NCBI GenBank assembly: GCA_039815185.1
Contig: JBCBZT010000033.1
Coordinates: 1 to 64,000, forward strand
Direction: 5' to 3'
DNA from: Cyanobacteria bacterium P01_A01_bin.123
GTDB taxonomy: Bacteria; Cyanobacteriota; Cyanobacteriia; Phormidesmidales; Phormidesmidaceae
Length of the DNA: 64,000 bases
The notes under the pieces were generated by a model. The model searched no databases, was not told the DNA's origin, and worked only from the letters and a program-made list of their open reading frames with translations. Position 1 is the first letter of the stretch, and each line of letters begins with the position of its first letter. Of this stretch, positions 19,381 to 28,221 are shown in pieces. The translations under genes and the position numbers were made by a program.

Positions 19381-20035
19381 ACACAGTTTCGATCAAATGG
19401 TCATATTGCCCCAGCTTACGTCTCAGCAGTCGCATTTGAGCCGCCACCACATTGCTATTGGGTTCACCGCCAATTTCCCAAAGCCGATTCAGCACCTGAT
19501 CGCGGGTGAAGATTTGGTTGGGGTGTTCCATGAAATATTGCAGGAGCTGAAATTCTTTTTGGGTCAGCTCAATCGATTGTTCTGAGGGATCGCCTCGATG
19601 CAAAAAGGCGATTCGGCGATCGCAGTCCAACGTTAGTGGGCCGATCTCGATTTGGGCCGATTTCATGTCCGGCGATCGCCGCCGCAATGCCCGCAAACGC
19701 GCCAATAGTTCTGCCATGCTGAAAGGTTTCACCAGGTAATCGTCAGCACCTGCATCCAATCCAGTAATCCGGTCTTCAATTTGGTCCTTAGCCGTGAGGA
19801 TAAGCACAGGCAATGGGGAATGGTGGGATCTTAACCACTGACATAGCGAAATTCCCGAGGTCCCTGGCAACATCCAATCAAATACCCCGAGAGTATATAG
19901 GGAGAAATCACTTTCTAAATAGGCCAACGCCTCGTCCCCCGACTGCACCCAGTCCACAACATAAGCCTCTTGAGTCAAGGTGCGCTTGATAGCTTTACCC
20001 AAATCAGGTTCATCTTCAACAAGAAGGATACGCAT
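19343..20035 (-). CDS. rppA: OmpR-family response regulator, RppA/NrsR/CopR-like
   Basis: MRILLVEDEPDLG...DWMLPG...GADDYLVKPF...IETVYGMGY. Confidence 0.9.
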   Translation of the reverse strand: MRILLVEDEPDLGKAIKRTLTQEAYVVDWVQSGDEALAYLESDFSLYTLGVFDWMLPGTSGISLCQWLRSHHSPLPVLILTAKDQIEDRITGLDAGADDYLVKPFSMAELLARLRALRRRSPDMKSAQIEIGPLTLDCDRRIAFLHRGDPSEQSIELTQKEFQLLQYFMEHPNQIFTRDQVLNRLWEIGGEPNSNVVAAQMRLLRRKLGQYDHLIETVYGMGYRFNAPES

Positions 20036-20044
20036 AGGAAACAG

Positions 20045-20476
20045 CTAGGATGGTTGCCCAACCAATGGCACTGCCTCAATCAACGGACAGATATCCCCCG
20101 GTTTAGGATGAGGCTGTGTGGTTGCCCAGCGATCGCGATAGTGTTCTAAATTGGCTTTGAATGCCATCATTTGCTGAATCTGGTCTTCAATCTGCTCAAT
20201 TTTGGCTTGCAGCAGCGACTGCACAAACTCACAGGGGACATCTCCCCGGTGGTGGACATTCAGCACTTCACCAATGTCTTCCAAGGAAAACCCTAGGGCC
20301 TGCGCCTTTTTAATAAACTGCACCTGATGCACCGCCGCTGGCGGATAGTATCGATAGCCATTCTCGCCGCGCTCAGAGCACAGCAACCCCAAACTTTCGT
20401 AGTAGCGCAATGCACCCACGGCAATGCCAGTTTGCTTAGAGACTTGACCAATTTTTAAGCGAGTTGCTACAGCCAT
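20045..20476 (-). CDS. MerR-family heavy-metal-responsive regulator
   Basis: LKIGQVSK...ALRYYESLGLL...GYRYY...LGFSLEDI...VPCEFV...ICPLIE; start placed at MAVATR. Confidence 0.92.
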   Translation of the reverse strand: MAVATRLKIGQVSKQTGIAVGALRYYESLGLLCSERGENGYRYYPPAAVHQVQFIKKAQALGFSLEDIGEVLNVHHRGDVPCEFVQSLLQAKIEQIEDQIQQMMAFKANLEHYRDRWATTQPHPKPGDICPLIEAVPLVGQPS

Positions 20477-20617
20477 TACTCTGCCCTCCTGGAGACCCAT
20501 ACCGCTCCGATGCAATCATCCCTAACTAGACGGGGTTTAGCTTACACAACGACGACTCCAAATGTGAATGCAGTTCATTCTAAATCGCGTCCACATCTAG
20601 ATCCATGGTTTTTCCTT

Positions 20618-20646
20618 CGCAGGGGCGAGAGGCCTCTCGCCCCTAC
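20618..20646. repeat. REP-like palindrome (GTAGGGGCG-type cyanobacterial dispersed repeat)
   Basis: cgcaggggcgagaggcctctcgcccctac forms a near-perfect hairpin. Confidence 0.6.
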
Positions 20647-20673
20647 TCCAGGTTTCAACTCGGATGTGGTTTA

Positions 20674-20705
20674 ACTCTAAACATTCTAGTCAACTGTAGG
20701 GTCAA
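20674..20705 (-). promoter_or_regulatory. MerR-type promoter/operator of the merR-rppA-rppB operon
   Basis: TTGACC-20 bp (CTACAGTTGACTAGAATGTT)-TAGAGT. Confidence 0.75.
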
Positions 20706-20817
20706 GGGAAATGCTGTTGACGTAACAAAGTGATGCATTTAACGATGCATTAATTAACGATGCATTAATCCCCGCCTGTTGCTATCAAGTTGACATTAGT
20801 TGGGACATAGCGGAGCG

Positions 20818-20834
20818 TTTCATTCCTATTTCAC
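20818..20834 (+). promoter_or_regulatory. OmpR-family direct-repeat box upstream of the DUF411 operon
   Basis: TTTCAT-TCCTA-TTTCAC. Confidence 0.65.
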
Positions 20835-20910
20835 AATTGTCTGTCAGCCTTGGTGGAGGGCTTTTGTTGTATGGGGCAAATCGCCTGACCTGTTCAGTTT
20901 GGAGGGATAA

Positions 20911-21423
20911 ATGAATCGTCGTTCATTTACAGCTAGATTTTGGTCGGTAGGACTGGTAGTAACTGGCATGATTTTAACGGGTTGCACTGCCAGGGGACAA
21001 AATCCTAAAGCGGAAGCAAGTGCGGATACAGCCCAACAAGCCGCGATGGCCCACGAACTGACTGTCTTTCGCAGCCCCACCTGTAGCTGCTGCGGATTGT
21101 GGATTGAGCATATGCAGGCTGCGGGCTTTCAAGTGAAAGACGAAGTCACTGAAGATATGACGGCAATTAAACAGCAGTATGATGTGCCGACAAACCTGGC
21201 TTCTTGTCACACTACGATAGGGGATGGGTATGTCATTGAAGGACACATTCCGGCTGAAGATGTGCAGCGTTTATTAACCGAGCAACCCAACATTGCTGGC
21301 ATTGCCGTACCCGGCATGCCCATTGGCTCTCCTGGGATGGAATCGGGAGATTATATTGAACCCTACACAGTGTTCTCATTTGAGAAAAACGGCAAAACTG
21401 CCGTCTTCGCCGAACACTCATAA
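20911..21423 (+). CDS. DUF411 (CopG-like) metal-binding lipoprotein
   Basis: LTGC lipobox, SPTCSCC, SCHT, IEGHIPA, PGMPIGSPGME. Confidence 0.9.
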   Translation: MNRRSFTARFWSVGLVVTGMILTGCTARGQNPKAEASADTAQQAAMAHELTVFRSPTCSCCGLWIEHMQAAGFQVKDEVTEDMTAIKQQYDVPTNLASCHTTIGDGYVIEGHIPAEDVQRLLTEQPNIAGIAVPGMPIGSPGMESGDYIEPYTVFSFEKNGKTAVFAEHS

Positions 21424-21437
21424 CACTGACTTAAGGA

Positions 21438-22013
21438 ATGACCATGGGCAAGAAAATTACAGTATTGTCGTTCTTAGGGGGGCTGGGGATAGGGATTTTA
21501 GGGCTAGTGACCTTGCAATTCTCCCAAACCCATTCAAAATCTCCTTATGTTGCTCAAACTGACAGTCCTGTGCATGGCTTAAGTCCTCAGGAAATCGATG
21601 ATTTGTTGAACGGGCGCGGAGCCGGATATGCTCGCATGGCTGAACTCAACAGCTATCCCGGACCACGCCACGTGCTTGATCTTCGACAGGAACTAAGGCT
21701 TTCAACCGATCAAGTAGAAATGATTCAGACCACGTTTGACAGTATGCAGCAGGAAGCACAGCGACTGGGCGAGCGGATCGTTACCCAAGAAAAACAGTTG
21801 AGTCAGGCTTTTGCAACCGAGTCGATTACCCCTGAGTTGCTTGATCAACAAACCCAGGATTTAGCTGATCTATATGGTGACCTGCGTTTGACCCACCTCC
21901 AAGCTCATTTGGTAATCACCCCGGTACTCTCAGCCGAGCAAATTGAACACTATGACCAATTGCGGGGGTACACTGAGCCTTCAACGGTTCCCCATCACCA
22001 TTTTGGAGATTAA
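21438..22013 (+). CDS. Spy/CpxP-like periplasmic protein
   Basis: Signal/TM, AELNSYPGPRHVL, LSTDQ and LSAEQ (LTxxQ-like) motifs, His-rich end. Confidence 0.7.
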   Translation: MTMGKKITVLSFLGGLGIGILGLVTLQFSQTHSKSPYVAQTDSPVHGLSPQEIDDLLNGRGAGYARMAELNSYPGPRHVLDLRQELRLSTDQVEMIQTTFDSMQQEAQRLGERIVTQEKQLSQAFATESITPELLDQQTQDLADLYGDLRLTHLQAHLVITPVLSAEQIEHYDQLRGYTEPSTVPHHHFGD

Positions 22014-22017
22014 ACCC

Positions 22018-22452
22018 ATGACCTATCGGATGCCCCCAAAATGGATCGCGATCGCGGGTGGCGCTACAGCTTATAGCACACTGTTAAACAATCACAACGG
22101 CTTAGCCCATACGGGGCACGCCCATACAACAGGGGCTGAACCGGATGGGCCTACCAATGCCACCGAACCCTCTACCCCCACAGTTGAGTCAACGACCGAC
22201 GAGTCATTGGCACCAACCTCCGAGGCCCATGAGATTGATGTCATAACAATGCCATCAGCTGAGGCAGAAGAAACTGGCTCGAACGGCAGTACTAGCGAAG
22301 TGCTCCCCATGTCTCAAGAGTCTGCTCCAACCCCAGTGTCCCAAGCTGGATTGTCTGATGGGTTTTCGATCAGTTTGGGAGAACCCCTTCTAGGCCTGAT
22401 AATTGCTGGACCGTTTCTCTTAAACGCCTTAAGAAGACGAGTCCAGTCTTGA
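22018..22452 (+). CDS. Hypothetical exported protein with His motif and C-terminal TM anchor
   Basis: LA-HTGHAH after the leader, acidic S/T/P linker, TM helix then RRR; GGAG RBS. Confidence 0.65.
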   Translation: MTYRMPPKWIAIAGGATAYSTLLNNHNGLAHTGHAHTTGAEPDGPTNATEPSTPTVESTTDESLAPTSEAHEIDVITMPSAEAEETGSNGSTSEVLPMSQESAPTPVSQAGLSDGFSISLGEPLLGLIIAGPFLLNALRRRVQS

Positions 22453-22475
22453 TGTTCATCCCGTAACTTGTGGTT

Positions 22476-22772
22476 ATGAACCTAAATCGGCTCCGTTTAC
22501 GTCAGCTCCACCGGGCATTAGTGCCATTTTTAGCGTTGCCGTTGCTGCTGACGCTGACCACAGGAATGTTATTTCAACTGGCTGTCATCAGCGATCGCGC
22601 CAACGACTTTCTCTGGCTGCTCGATCTGCATCGAGGTAAATTCGGCCAAATCAACCTGGAATTGATATATCCAATTCTCAACGCACTAGGACTTTTGACG
22701 CTGATTCTGACTGGGTTGATCATGTGGCTACAATCCCCTAGTCAAAACCGCAAAAGAGTAGGCAACGGTTAA
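22476..22772 (+). CDS. PepSY-associated TM helix protein
   Basis: RLRQLHRAL...LTTG...LLDLHRG...TGLIMW. Confidence 0.8.
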   Translation: MNLNRLRLRQLHRALVPFLALPLLLTLTTGMLFQLAVISDRANDFLWLLDLHRGKFGQINLELIYPILNALGLLTLILTGLIMWLQSPSQNRKRVGNG

Positions 22773-22774
22773 GG

Positions 22775-22915
22775 GGTTATGTTGCAAAAACAGGGCTTAG
22801 ATCGTTTGATGGGAAAACTAAGGAATTATCGATCGCATCTATCCCCCAATGTCGGCTTCACCCCCCATTCAAGTGGCGTCATTTTCACTCCAAGATTACT
22901 CTGCTGAATGTGCAA
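22775..22915 (+). mobile_element. IS6-family left-end remnant
   Basis: IR-like GGTTATGTTGCAAA, then ATG 22849 MSASPPFKWRHFHSKITLLNV (IS6 transposase N-terminus), truncated; homologous to 60349-60436. Confidence 0.75.
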
Positions 22916-22933
22916 CAGCATATATCATCGATA

Positions 22934-22990
22934 GACATCCATTGATGCCGAACGACATCCATTGATACATTCATCCTTCTGCAATAGACT
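22934..22990 (+). promoter_or_regulatory. Direct repeats GACATCCATTGAT x2 overlapping a TTGATA-N17-TAGACT promoter
   Basis: Repeats at 22934 and 22954; -35 at 22962, -10 at 22985. Confidence 0.6.
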
Positions 22991-23002
22991 TGAGGCTGTC
23001 CA

Positions 23003-23233
23003 ATGCTTCTCACTCAATCAGCTCCAATGACAACACCAGATCGGGGGGATGGGGGTAAGTTCGTCGAATCCCCTGACAGTCTCTATCCCAAAACAATTGG
23101 CCTTAGAGTGTCCAAACGAGATTACCCCAAGCTAGAAAAGCTATCGGCAAACACAGGTAAGACCATGGCCGCGATCGCTCGTGAAGCGGTTTCAAAATAC
23201 CTAACTGAAGCCGAAGAAGCTGGCGAATTGTAA
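23003..23233 (+). CDS. Ribbon-helix-helix (CopG-like) DNA-binding protein
   Basis: KTIGLRVS strand followed by YPKLEKLS and TMAAIAREAVSKYL helices. Confidence 0.75.
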   Translation: MLLTQSAPMTTPDRGDGGKFVESPDSLYPKTIGLRVSKRDYPKLEKLSANTGKTMAAIAREAVSKYLTEAEEAGEL

Positions 23234-23271
23234 TCAACTCCAACCCATCAAGGTAAGTTTCTTGTTGCGAA

Positions 23272-23307
23272 TATCCATTGACATCCATGGATGTCAATGG
23301 ATAGAAT
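23272..23307 (+). promoter_or_regulatory. Perfect 32-bp palindrome overlapping a TTGACA-N18-TAGAAT promoter
   Basis: TATCCATTGACATCCATGGATGTCAATGGATA (23272-23303). Confidence 0.75.
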
Positions 23308-23406
23308 AGGGACATAATCAGCAAAACAAAACCGCACCGGTTCCCAACTCGCCAAAGCCAGAACCAACGCGGTATGCACTAACCCCTCAAAAGGAGTTAT
23401 TTTGTT

Positions 23407-23726
23407 ATGCCTACTCTAACTCAAACGCCTCAAGACACTCAACTCTACACCCTCACAACCCCAGTCCGAAATCTAGCCCCAGGCAACGCATCAGCTATCA
23501 AGGTTACCGTCTCAAAATTGCTCGCGTATTCCGTCCCTTAGATCGCCCCTACGGCTGGCATGTCCATCTGCAACCCATTGATATCCCCATCGTTGAACTT
23601 GCTCCCTGGAGTGAAGCCACTAACGCTGATGACTATGCAGAACGTGCACAAATTGCAGCCTACACCACTCGCTTAGATCCTACATTCCGCAGGTTGACAG
23701 TTAACCAGCAAGGTGTGGTGCCATAG
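23407..23726 (+). pseudogene. Hypothetical ~106-aa protein with a probable frameshift near 23483
   Basis: AAGGAG RBS plus ATG; MPTLTQ...NLAPG joins QRISYQGYRLKIARVFRPLDRPYGWHVHLQ... if one base is added. Confidence 0.5.
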
Positions 23727-23963
23727 AGTGTTTAGAGCCCTTAAAAGACTGGAAACGGCCCTTGCAGATAGAGAACCTGGATCACCGAAATCGACAGGGA
23801 TGGCTGAAGGAACCTCTAGCCTACCTGTAGGATGGCTCCCACCCGATTTTGGCTACTCACTCCTGACAGTTTCCTTGAGAGGGGTTCCAAGAGGGCAGTG
23901 TAGTTTTAATTGAAGGTTTCAGGCTGTTTTCTGGGGCGATCCAAGGGCCATGTGTCTAAGAAC

Positions 23964-23977
23964 GGCTCTGTTGCAAA
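23964..23977 (+). mobile_element. Isolated IS6-family terminal inverted repeat
   Basis: GGCTCTGTTGCAAA, the IS6100/IS26-type IR, 27 bp from the stop of the last eCIS gene. Confidence 0.7.
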
Positions 23978-24004
23978 AACGAAGGGTTGGCTTGAACAAG
24001 AAGG

Positions 24005-27000
24005 TTATGTAGATGGATATGCCGTCCAAATGGCAAAAGGTAATCCTTGCTCTGGATGACCTATACGCGTTTCATTGACAGGGACATCAAGCATGACGAC
24101 TACGACCGTGATGCCTGTAGAGACATTTGCTGGTCCGTTATTCCTCACAACCCGCCCATTAGTCTGCATACTTGCGTCAGTGAGATACAGGTCTGCATTT
24201 GAAAGGTTGCGTGCTCCCTGAAAAGTCTGAAGTTTCTGATTTAAGTTAGCTGATCTTTGGTTCAGCAAATCACTAATGTGCCTATTGGCGTGGATCGCCG
24301 TCTCAAAGACAGATATGACTGTACGACTTCCTCTCATAGCCCAGATGTTACTGGCTAAATTGGGATCGCTGAAGGTCCCTCCTGGATGGCCCTTATCATA
24401 AATATGATCGTGCGCATGAACTGACCTACCACCAGGCTCAAATCTGGGCGTAAATCCTGCATGCCTCTCAATTCCACCATGTGCCAAGAAGCGAGATCCC
24501 CAATTGCTTGCCTGGTCAGCATTTGGTATCTGGCCGGATGGTAGCAATGTTTCTACTTTTTCAAAAATACTTGTAGTTAGTTCTTCATGTCTCCTAAGCA
24601 TTTGTTCGTAGGTTTGCCCACCGGAATCTGCTCCAGTAAGACGATTCATTATTGTTTGTAATTGTTTTAGATCTTTAGCTAATCTTTTGAGGCTTCTCTT
24701 ATCTTTGCCCGTTGTGTTGTCAACTTGTGTATCAACCAGGTCTTCTAATTCCTCGGGTGTAGAAGCGATCATCAGCTTTGGTTCATCGCTTCCGAAATCG
24801 ATATAAATAGAGTGATCTTCTCCATCCTCAGAAAATGTATGAAGTACTAAACGCCCCTCTCTCTCTGAAGAAGATTCTTGCGCTGAAGCAGAATCCTGCT
24901 GGACGTCTCCGAAGCCTAGGCTCTCTAGAGCAGCTCTACCAAGTCTCAGGGCTTGCTCGATCAGCCAGTTGAGGGCGCGATCGACCATAGCGCGGATACT
25001 TTCGATGATTTCGCCAAGGCGATCGCTAATATTGCCGAGGCCCAACTGATTGGCGATAAAGCCAATGACGATGGGGATGCTGTTGCCAAGGCCCTGTTCC
25101 ATGCGGGTAGCACCGGGCTCAATATCTCCGGCGGCGATGCTAGCGACAGTGGAGACGAAATCGTTCACGACTTCTAGCATGTCACGTAGATATTCAATGG
25201 CGGACTGAATGGCGTTAAAGAAGGCGATGAAGCTGTTGATGACAGGGGTAATGCCAGTGGCGTCTAGCAGACTTAAGAGCCAGCGCATGCCCACCATGAC
25301 GACTCGTTCCATCACATAGGACTGCACTTGCTCTAGCACCACATCCCAGAGATTGGTCAGTTGCGATTGAATGTATTCCCAAACCGCGACAATGCCGCGT
25401 TCTTGCACGTCTTGGATGAAGCCCCAAGCGTCTCGGGCAATTTCCATGACCCGATCGATCGCGCCCCGAATCTGATCCACCCGCTCTTGCCCAATGTGGT
25501 TAGCCAACAATTCCCACATGTGATCCATCGTCAACCCCAACACCTGGAGCACAAAGCCCAGAATTGATTCAAAGGAGAAGTCAGTGGGTGGCTCCAGGCC
25601 GGCATCACGCACCGCGCGGAACAGCCAATCGGTCAAGCCGCCGATCAGGTGGGTCACAATGTTGTCAAAGAATTTCTGGAAGCCCAACTTGGCCGTGTTC
25701 AGGAGGTTGATCAGGAAGCCGACCGGATCGCGCTGAATGTCGTCTAGGGCCTGAAGTGCATTGGTAATGATGCTGCCAATGAGATCCGTGGGGAAGTTCA
25801 TCAGGGCCAAAATCAGTTCCAAGGCCACCTTGATCACCTCAATCACAAAGGTGAACAGGCGGGTTAGAGGCTCGTGGAACTCATTGAGAATGCGGGTAAA
25901 GGCATCGATGGGGCTGAGCAAATCTTCAATGGTGAAGGCGTCCCACAGATCCAGGAAGAGGCGCTGAACAAACGGCCAGGTAATGCCCAATTCGGTCATC
26001 ATACCTTCGATGCGCTGAGCCGCTTGCGGAATCACGCCCGTTTCCTGCATTTGCTGGAATTGCCGCTCACCCCCTGGGATCAAGCTCATAAAGCCGCGAA
26101 TCAAGTTAGTGGCATTGCGGGGAACGGCCTCTTGGGTAAAGGGATCCTGCTCCAGAATGACCGTTAGGAGGTGATAACCTGGAATATCGGTGGCGAAGGT
26201 ACTCAACCAGCCTAATAGTGCGTTCTTGATCAGCTCTAGCACCTTGAACGCCACCGTGCTGGCAAAGGTCCAAACGTCTTCTAAGAAGGTGCCAGCCCGT
26301 TCTGCCAGGGTCTCCAGGTTGGTGCCCAGATCCGGCAAGTTTTCCGGCTGAATCGCGTTCCACGCTTCGGTAATCAGGCCGCGCAGTTGACCAATCAGAC
26401 TGACGAAGAGGGCAAATTGGGTGTCCAGCCAATCGGCAGTTTCTTGCAGGGTTCCTCGCTCCCGCATCTGCTCCAGCTCTTGCTCTTTTCCAATCAGCAA
26501 CAGAAAGTCTTCGAGAATTTCGACCGTGGTGGCTTCGACTGGTGCATCGCGGAGCGGATCATACTTGATGATTTTCTTGATCAGCGCCCAAGCCTGATTG
26601 TCGGCCAAGAGGGGCTCGGCAAAGTCGATCGCGGCTTCTTTGATGAGTTCAACAATGTGATTCACCAAAGAGGTGGCAAAGTCAACAACATCGTCATACA
26701 GTTGCTGGAAGTGGCGCTGAACGACAGCGAGGTTGTAGTCAAACCCTTCAATGATGCGGACGTCTTCCCAGGCATTCTCGATCGTCCGCTCGATGCGACT
26801 CAGGGATAGATCGAGACGGCGCAATTCATTGGACACCCAGTCGAAGGCAGCCTGGATCACGCCATATTCTTGAAGCGCATCAAAAATGGCGGTACCAAAG
26901 GGCACCAAGCCCATTAATCCGGCGAGCAGGTTGGTGGCATTGCGTTCCACATCAATCCCCCGGAGTGGGTCATAGCCAATGATGACGGTGAATAGTGTGT

Positions 27001-27817
27001 AGCCCGGAATATGGCGCGCGTAGTCTGCCAGTTCTTCCAGCACCGCATCGGGAATGAAGCGTTGGATTTCGGGCGGATTGGCGGAAACTCTGGGCAGGTG
27101 CTCAACCGCTGGGGCAGGTTGGGGCAGGGGCTGTCGCTGAATGGGAGCCGCCGCGCCTTGCTGTACAACGTGGGTGGCTTCGTGGGCCATCAGGCCCAGA
27201 TTGTGGCTAGACTCGCTGCGGTTCAAGAAAATATGGTTGCCGTGGGTAAAGGCGCGGGCCTGCAAACTATTCGCAGCGCGGTGAGCATTGGTATCACTGT
27301 GGACCCGGACACCGCTCAGGTTTGCCCCGACATGGGGCTCAATCCGGCGACGGGTGTTGGCTGGTAGAGACGCTCCGGGGCCCGGGCTACGAATGGTGGC
27401 GGCGGTGCGGGCGGAAACCGTAGGTTGGCCCTGGCCTTGACGCTGGATGGGTTCTTCTGCGATCGCCTGCCGCTGCAGCACGTCCTGATCTGCTTCAAGA
27501 CGCTGCACGGGGTCTTCGTCCATTTCCAGGCGTTGCAGCACATCCTGGTCTTCGTCCGCCAGACGTTGGACAGAGGCTCGGATTGGAGTCGACTGCGATC
27601 GCGGAACTGCCCCACTCATCACCGTGCTGGCAACAGCATCCGCTTCCTGCTCGTATTGGTCTCCGGGTTGGTTGACGGTGAGCTTGGGTTGGATGATGGG
27701 CGATCGCAGGGCTAACGGTGACACCGGCGATCGCGAGGATTTCGCCACCGCTGACGCCGCGATTGGTTTGACCTTTCGGCTCTTGGGTCGTTTAGTCCGC
27801 TCTGCCAGATGAACCAT
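24005..27817 (-). CDS. DUF4157 (eCIS core) cargo protein with putative RNase A-like toxin tip
   Basis: QPKLTVNQPGDQYEQEAD leader, QR repeats, ARAFTHGNHIF...LMAHEATHVVQQ, long helical region, AT-richer C-terminus ending AIWTAYP. Confidence 0.85.
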   Translation of the reverse strand: MVHLAERTKRPKSRKVKPIAASAVAKSSRSPVSPLALRSPIIQPKLTVNQPGDQYEQEADAVASTVMSGAVPRSQSTPIRASVQRLADEDQDVLQRLEMDEDPVQRLEADQDVLQRQAIAEEPIQRQGQGQPTVSARTAATIRSPGPGASLPANTRRRIEPHVGANLSGVRVHSDTNAHRAANSLQARAFTHGNHIFLNRSESSHNLGLMAHEATHVVQQGAAAPIQRQPLPQPAPAVEHLPRVSANPPEIQRFIPDAVLEELADYARHIPGYTLFTVIIGYDPLRGIDVERNATNLLAGLMGLVPFGTAIFDALQEYGVIQAAFDWVSNELRRLDLSLSRIERTIENAWEDVRIIEGFDYNLAVVQRHFQQLYDDVVDFATSLVNHIVELIKEAAIDFAEPLLADNQAWALIKKIIKYDPLRDAPVEATTVEILEDFLLLIGKEQELEQMRERGTLQETADWLDTQFALFVSLIGQLRGLITEAWNAIQPENLPDLGTNLETLAERAGTFLEDVWTFASTVAFKVLELIKNALLGWLSTFATDIPGYHLLTVILEQDPFTQEAVPRNATNLIRGFMSLIPGGERQFQQMQETGVIPQAAQRIEGMMTELGITWPFVQRLFLDLWDAFTIEDLLSPIDAFTRILNEFHEPLTRLFTFVIEVIKVALELILALMNFPTDLIGSIITNALQALDDIQRDPVGFLINLLNTAKLGFQKFFDNIVTHLIGGLTDWLFRAVRDAGLEPPTDFSFESILGFVLQVLGLTMDHMWELLANHIGQERVDQIRGAIDRVMEIARDAWGFIQDVQERGIVAVWEYIQSQLTNLWDVVLEQVQSYVMERVVMVGMRWLLSLLDATGITPVINSFIAFFNAIQSAIEYLRDMLEVVNDFVSTVASIAAGDIEPGATRMEQGLGNSIPIVIGFIANQLGLGNISDRLGEIIESIRAMVDRALNWLIEQALRLGRAALESLGFGDVQQDSASAQESSSEREGRLVLHTFSEDGEDHSIYIDFGSDEPKLMIASTPEELEDLVDTQVDNTTGKDKRSLKRLAKDLKQLQTIMNRLTGADSGGQTYEQMLRRHEELTTSIFEKVETLLPSGQIPNADQASNWGSRFLAHGGIERHAGFTPRFEPGGRSVHAHDHIYDKGHPGGTFSDPNLASNIWAMRGSRTVISVFETAIHANRHISDLLNQRSANLNQKLQTFQGARNLSNADLYLTDASMQTNGRVVRNNGPANVSTGITVVVVMLDVPVNETRIGHPEQGLPFAIWTAYPST

Positions 27818-28221
27818 TGCAGAATGCCGAAGCTAGGGGCAGATGAGATGTCGGTTTGGGGTAGATGCAGCCAAAACGACTTGAGATGGAGCGGTCTGGC
27901 CCCCGTTTTGGATGTCGTTGCGCAACTTAAAAAATAATGCTGGAATTTCTCTAGGCATTATTTATGCTTAATAATTCTCATACCGAATTTCTTTTTCAAG
28001 AAACGATATTAAATTCGATAAAAGACTTTATTATTCAAGATAGTCTGAACAACTCTTTTTAAATTGACTTGATTGATAATGTTGAAACGTACAGAGCTTG
28101 ATTGAAGCAGATTTCTTCTGTTAAATATAAAACAACCTGAGTTTGGGATAAGGAATTTTGCTAAAGTTCCTACCACCAAGACGGCTGTAGCGTGTTCCTA
28201 TGCTGATCCCAACTCACTTGA

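Noticed and set aside
20738..20768. TTAACGATGCATTAA tandem duplication
   Set aside because: Looks like a local slippage duplication; no evidence of function
22934..23303. CRISPR array or plasmid iterons
   Set aside because: Only two 13-bp repeats plus a palindrome; no spacers, cas genes or rep gene
27820..28221. Immunity gene between the two cargo genes
   Set aside because: Only a short TTG-started AT-rich frame without an RBS; not supportable
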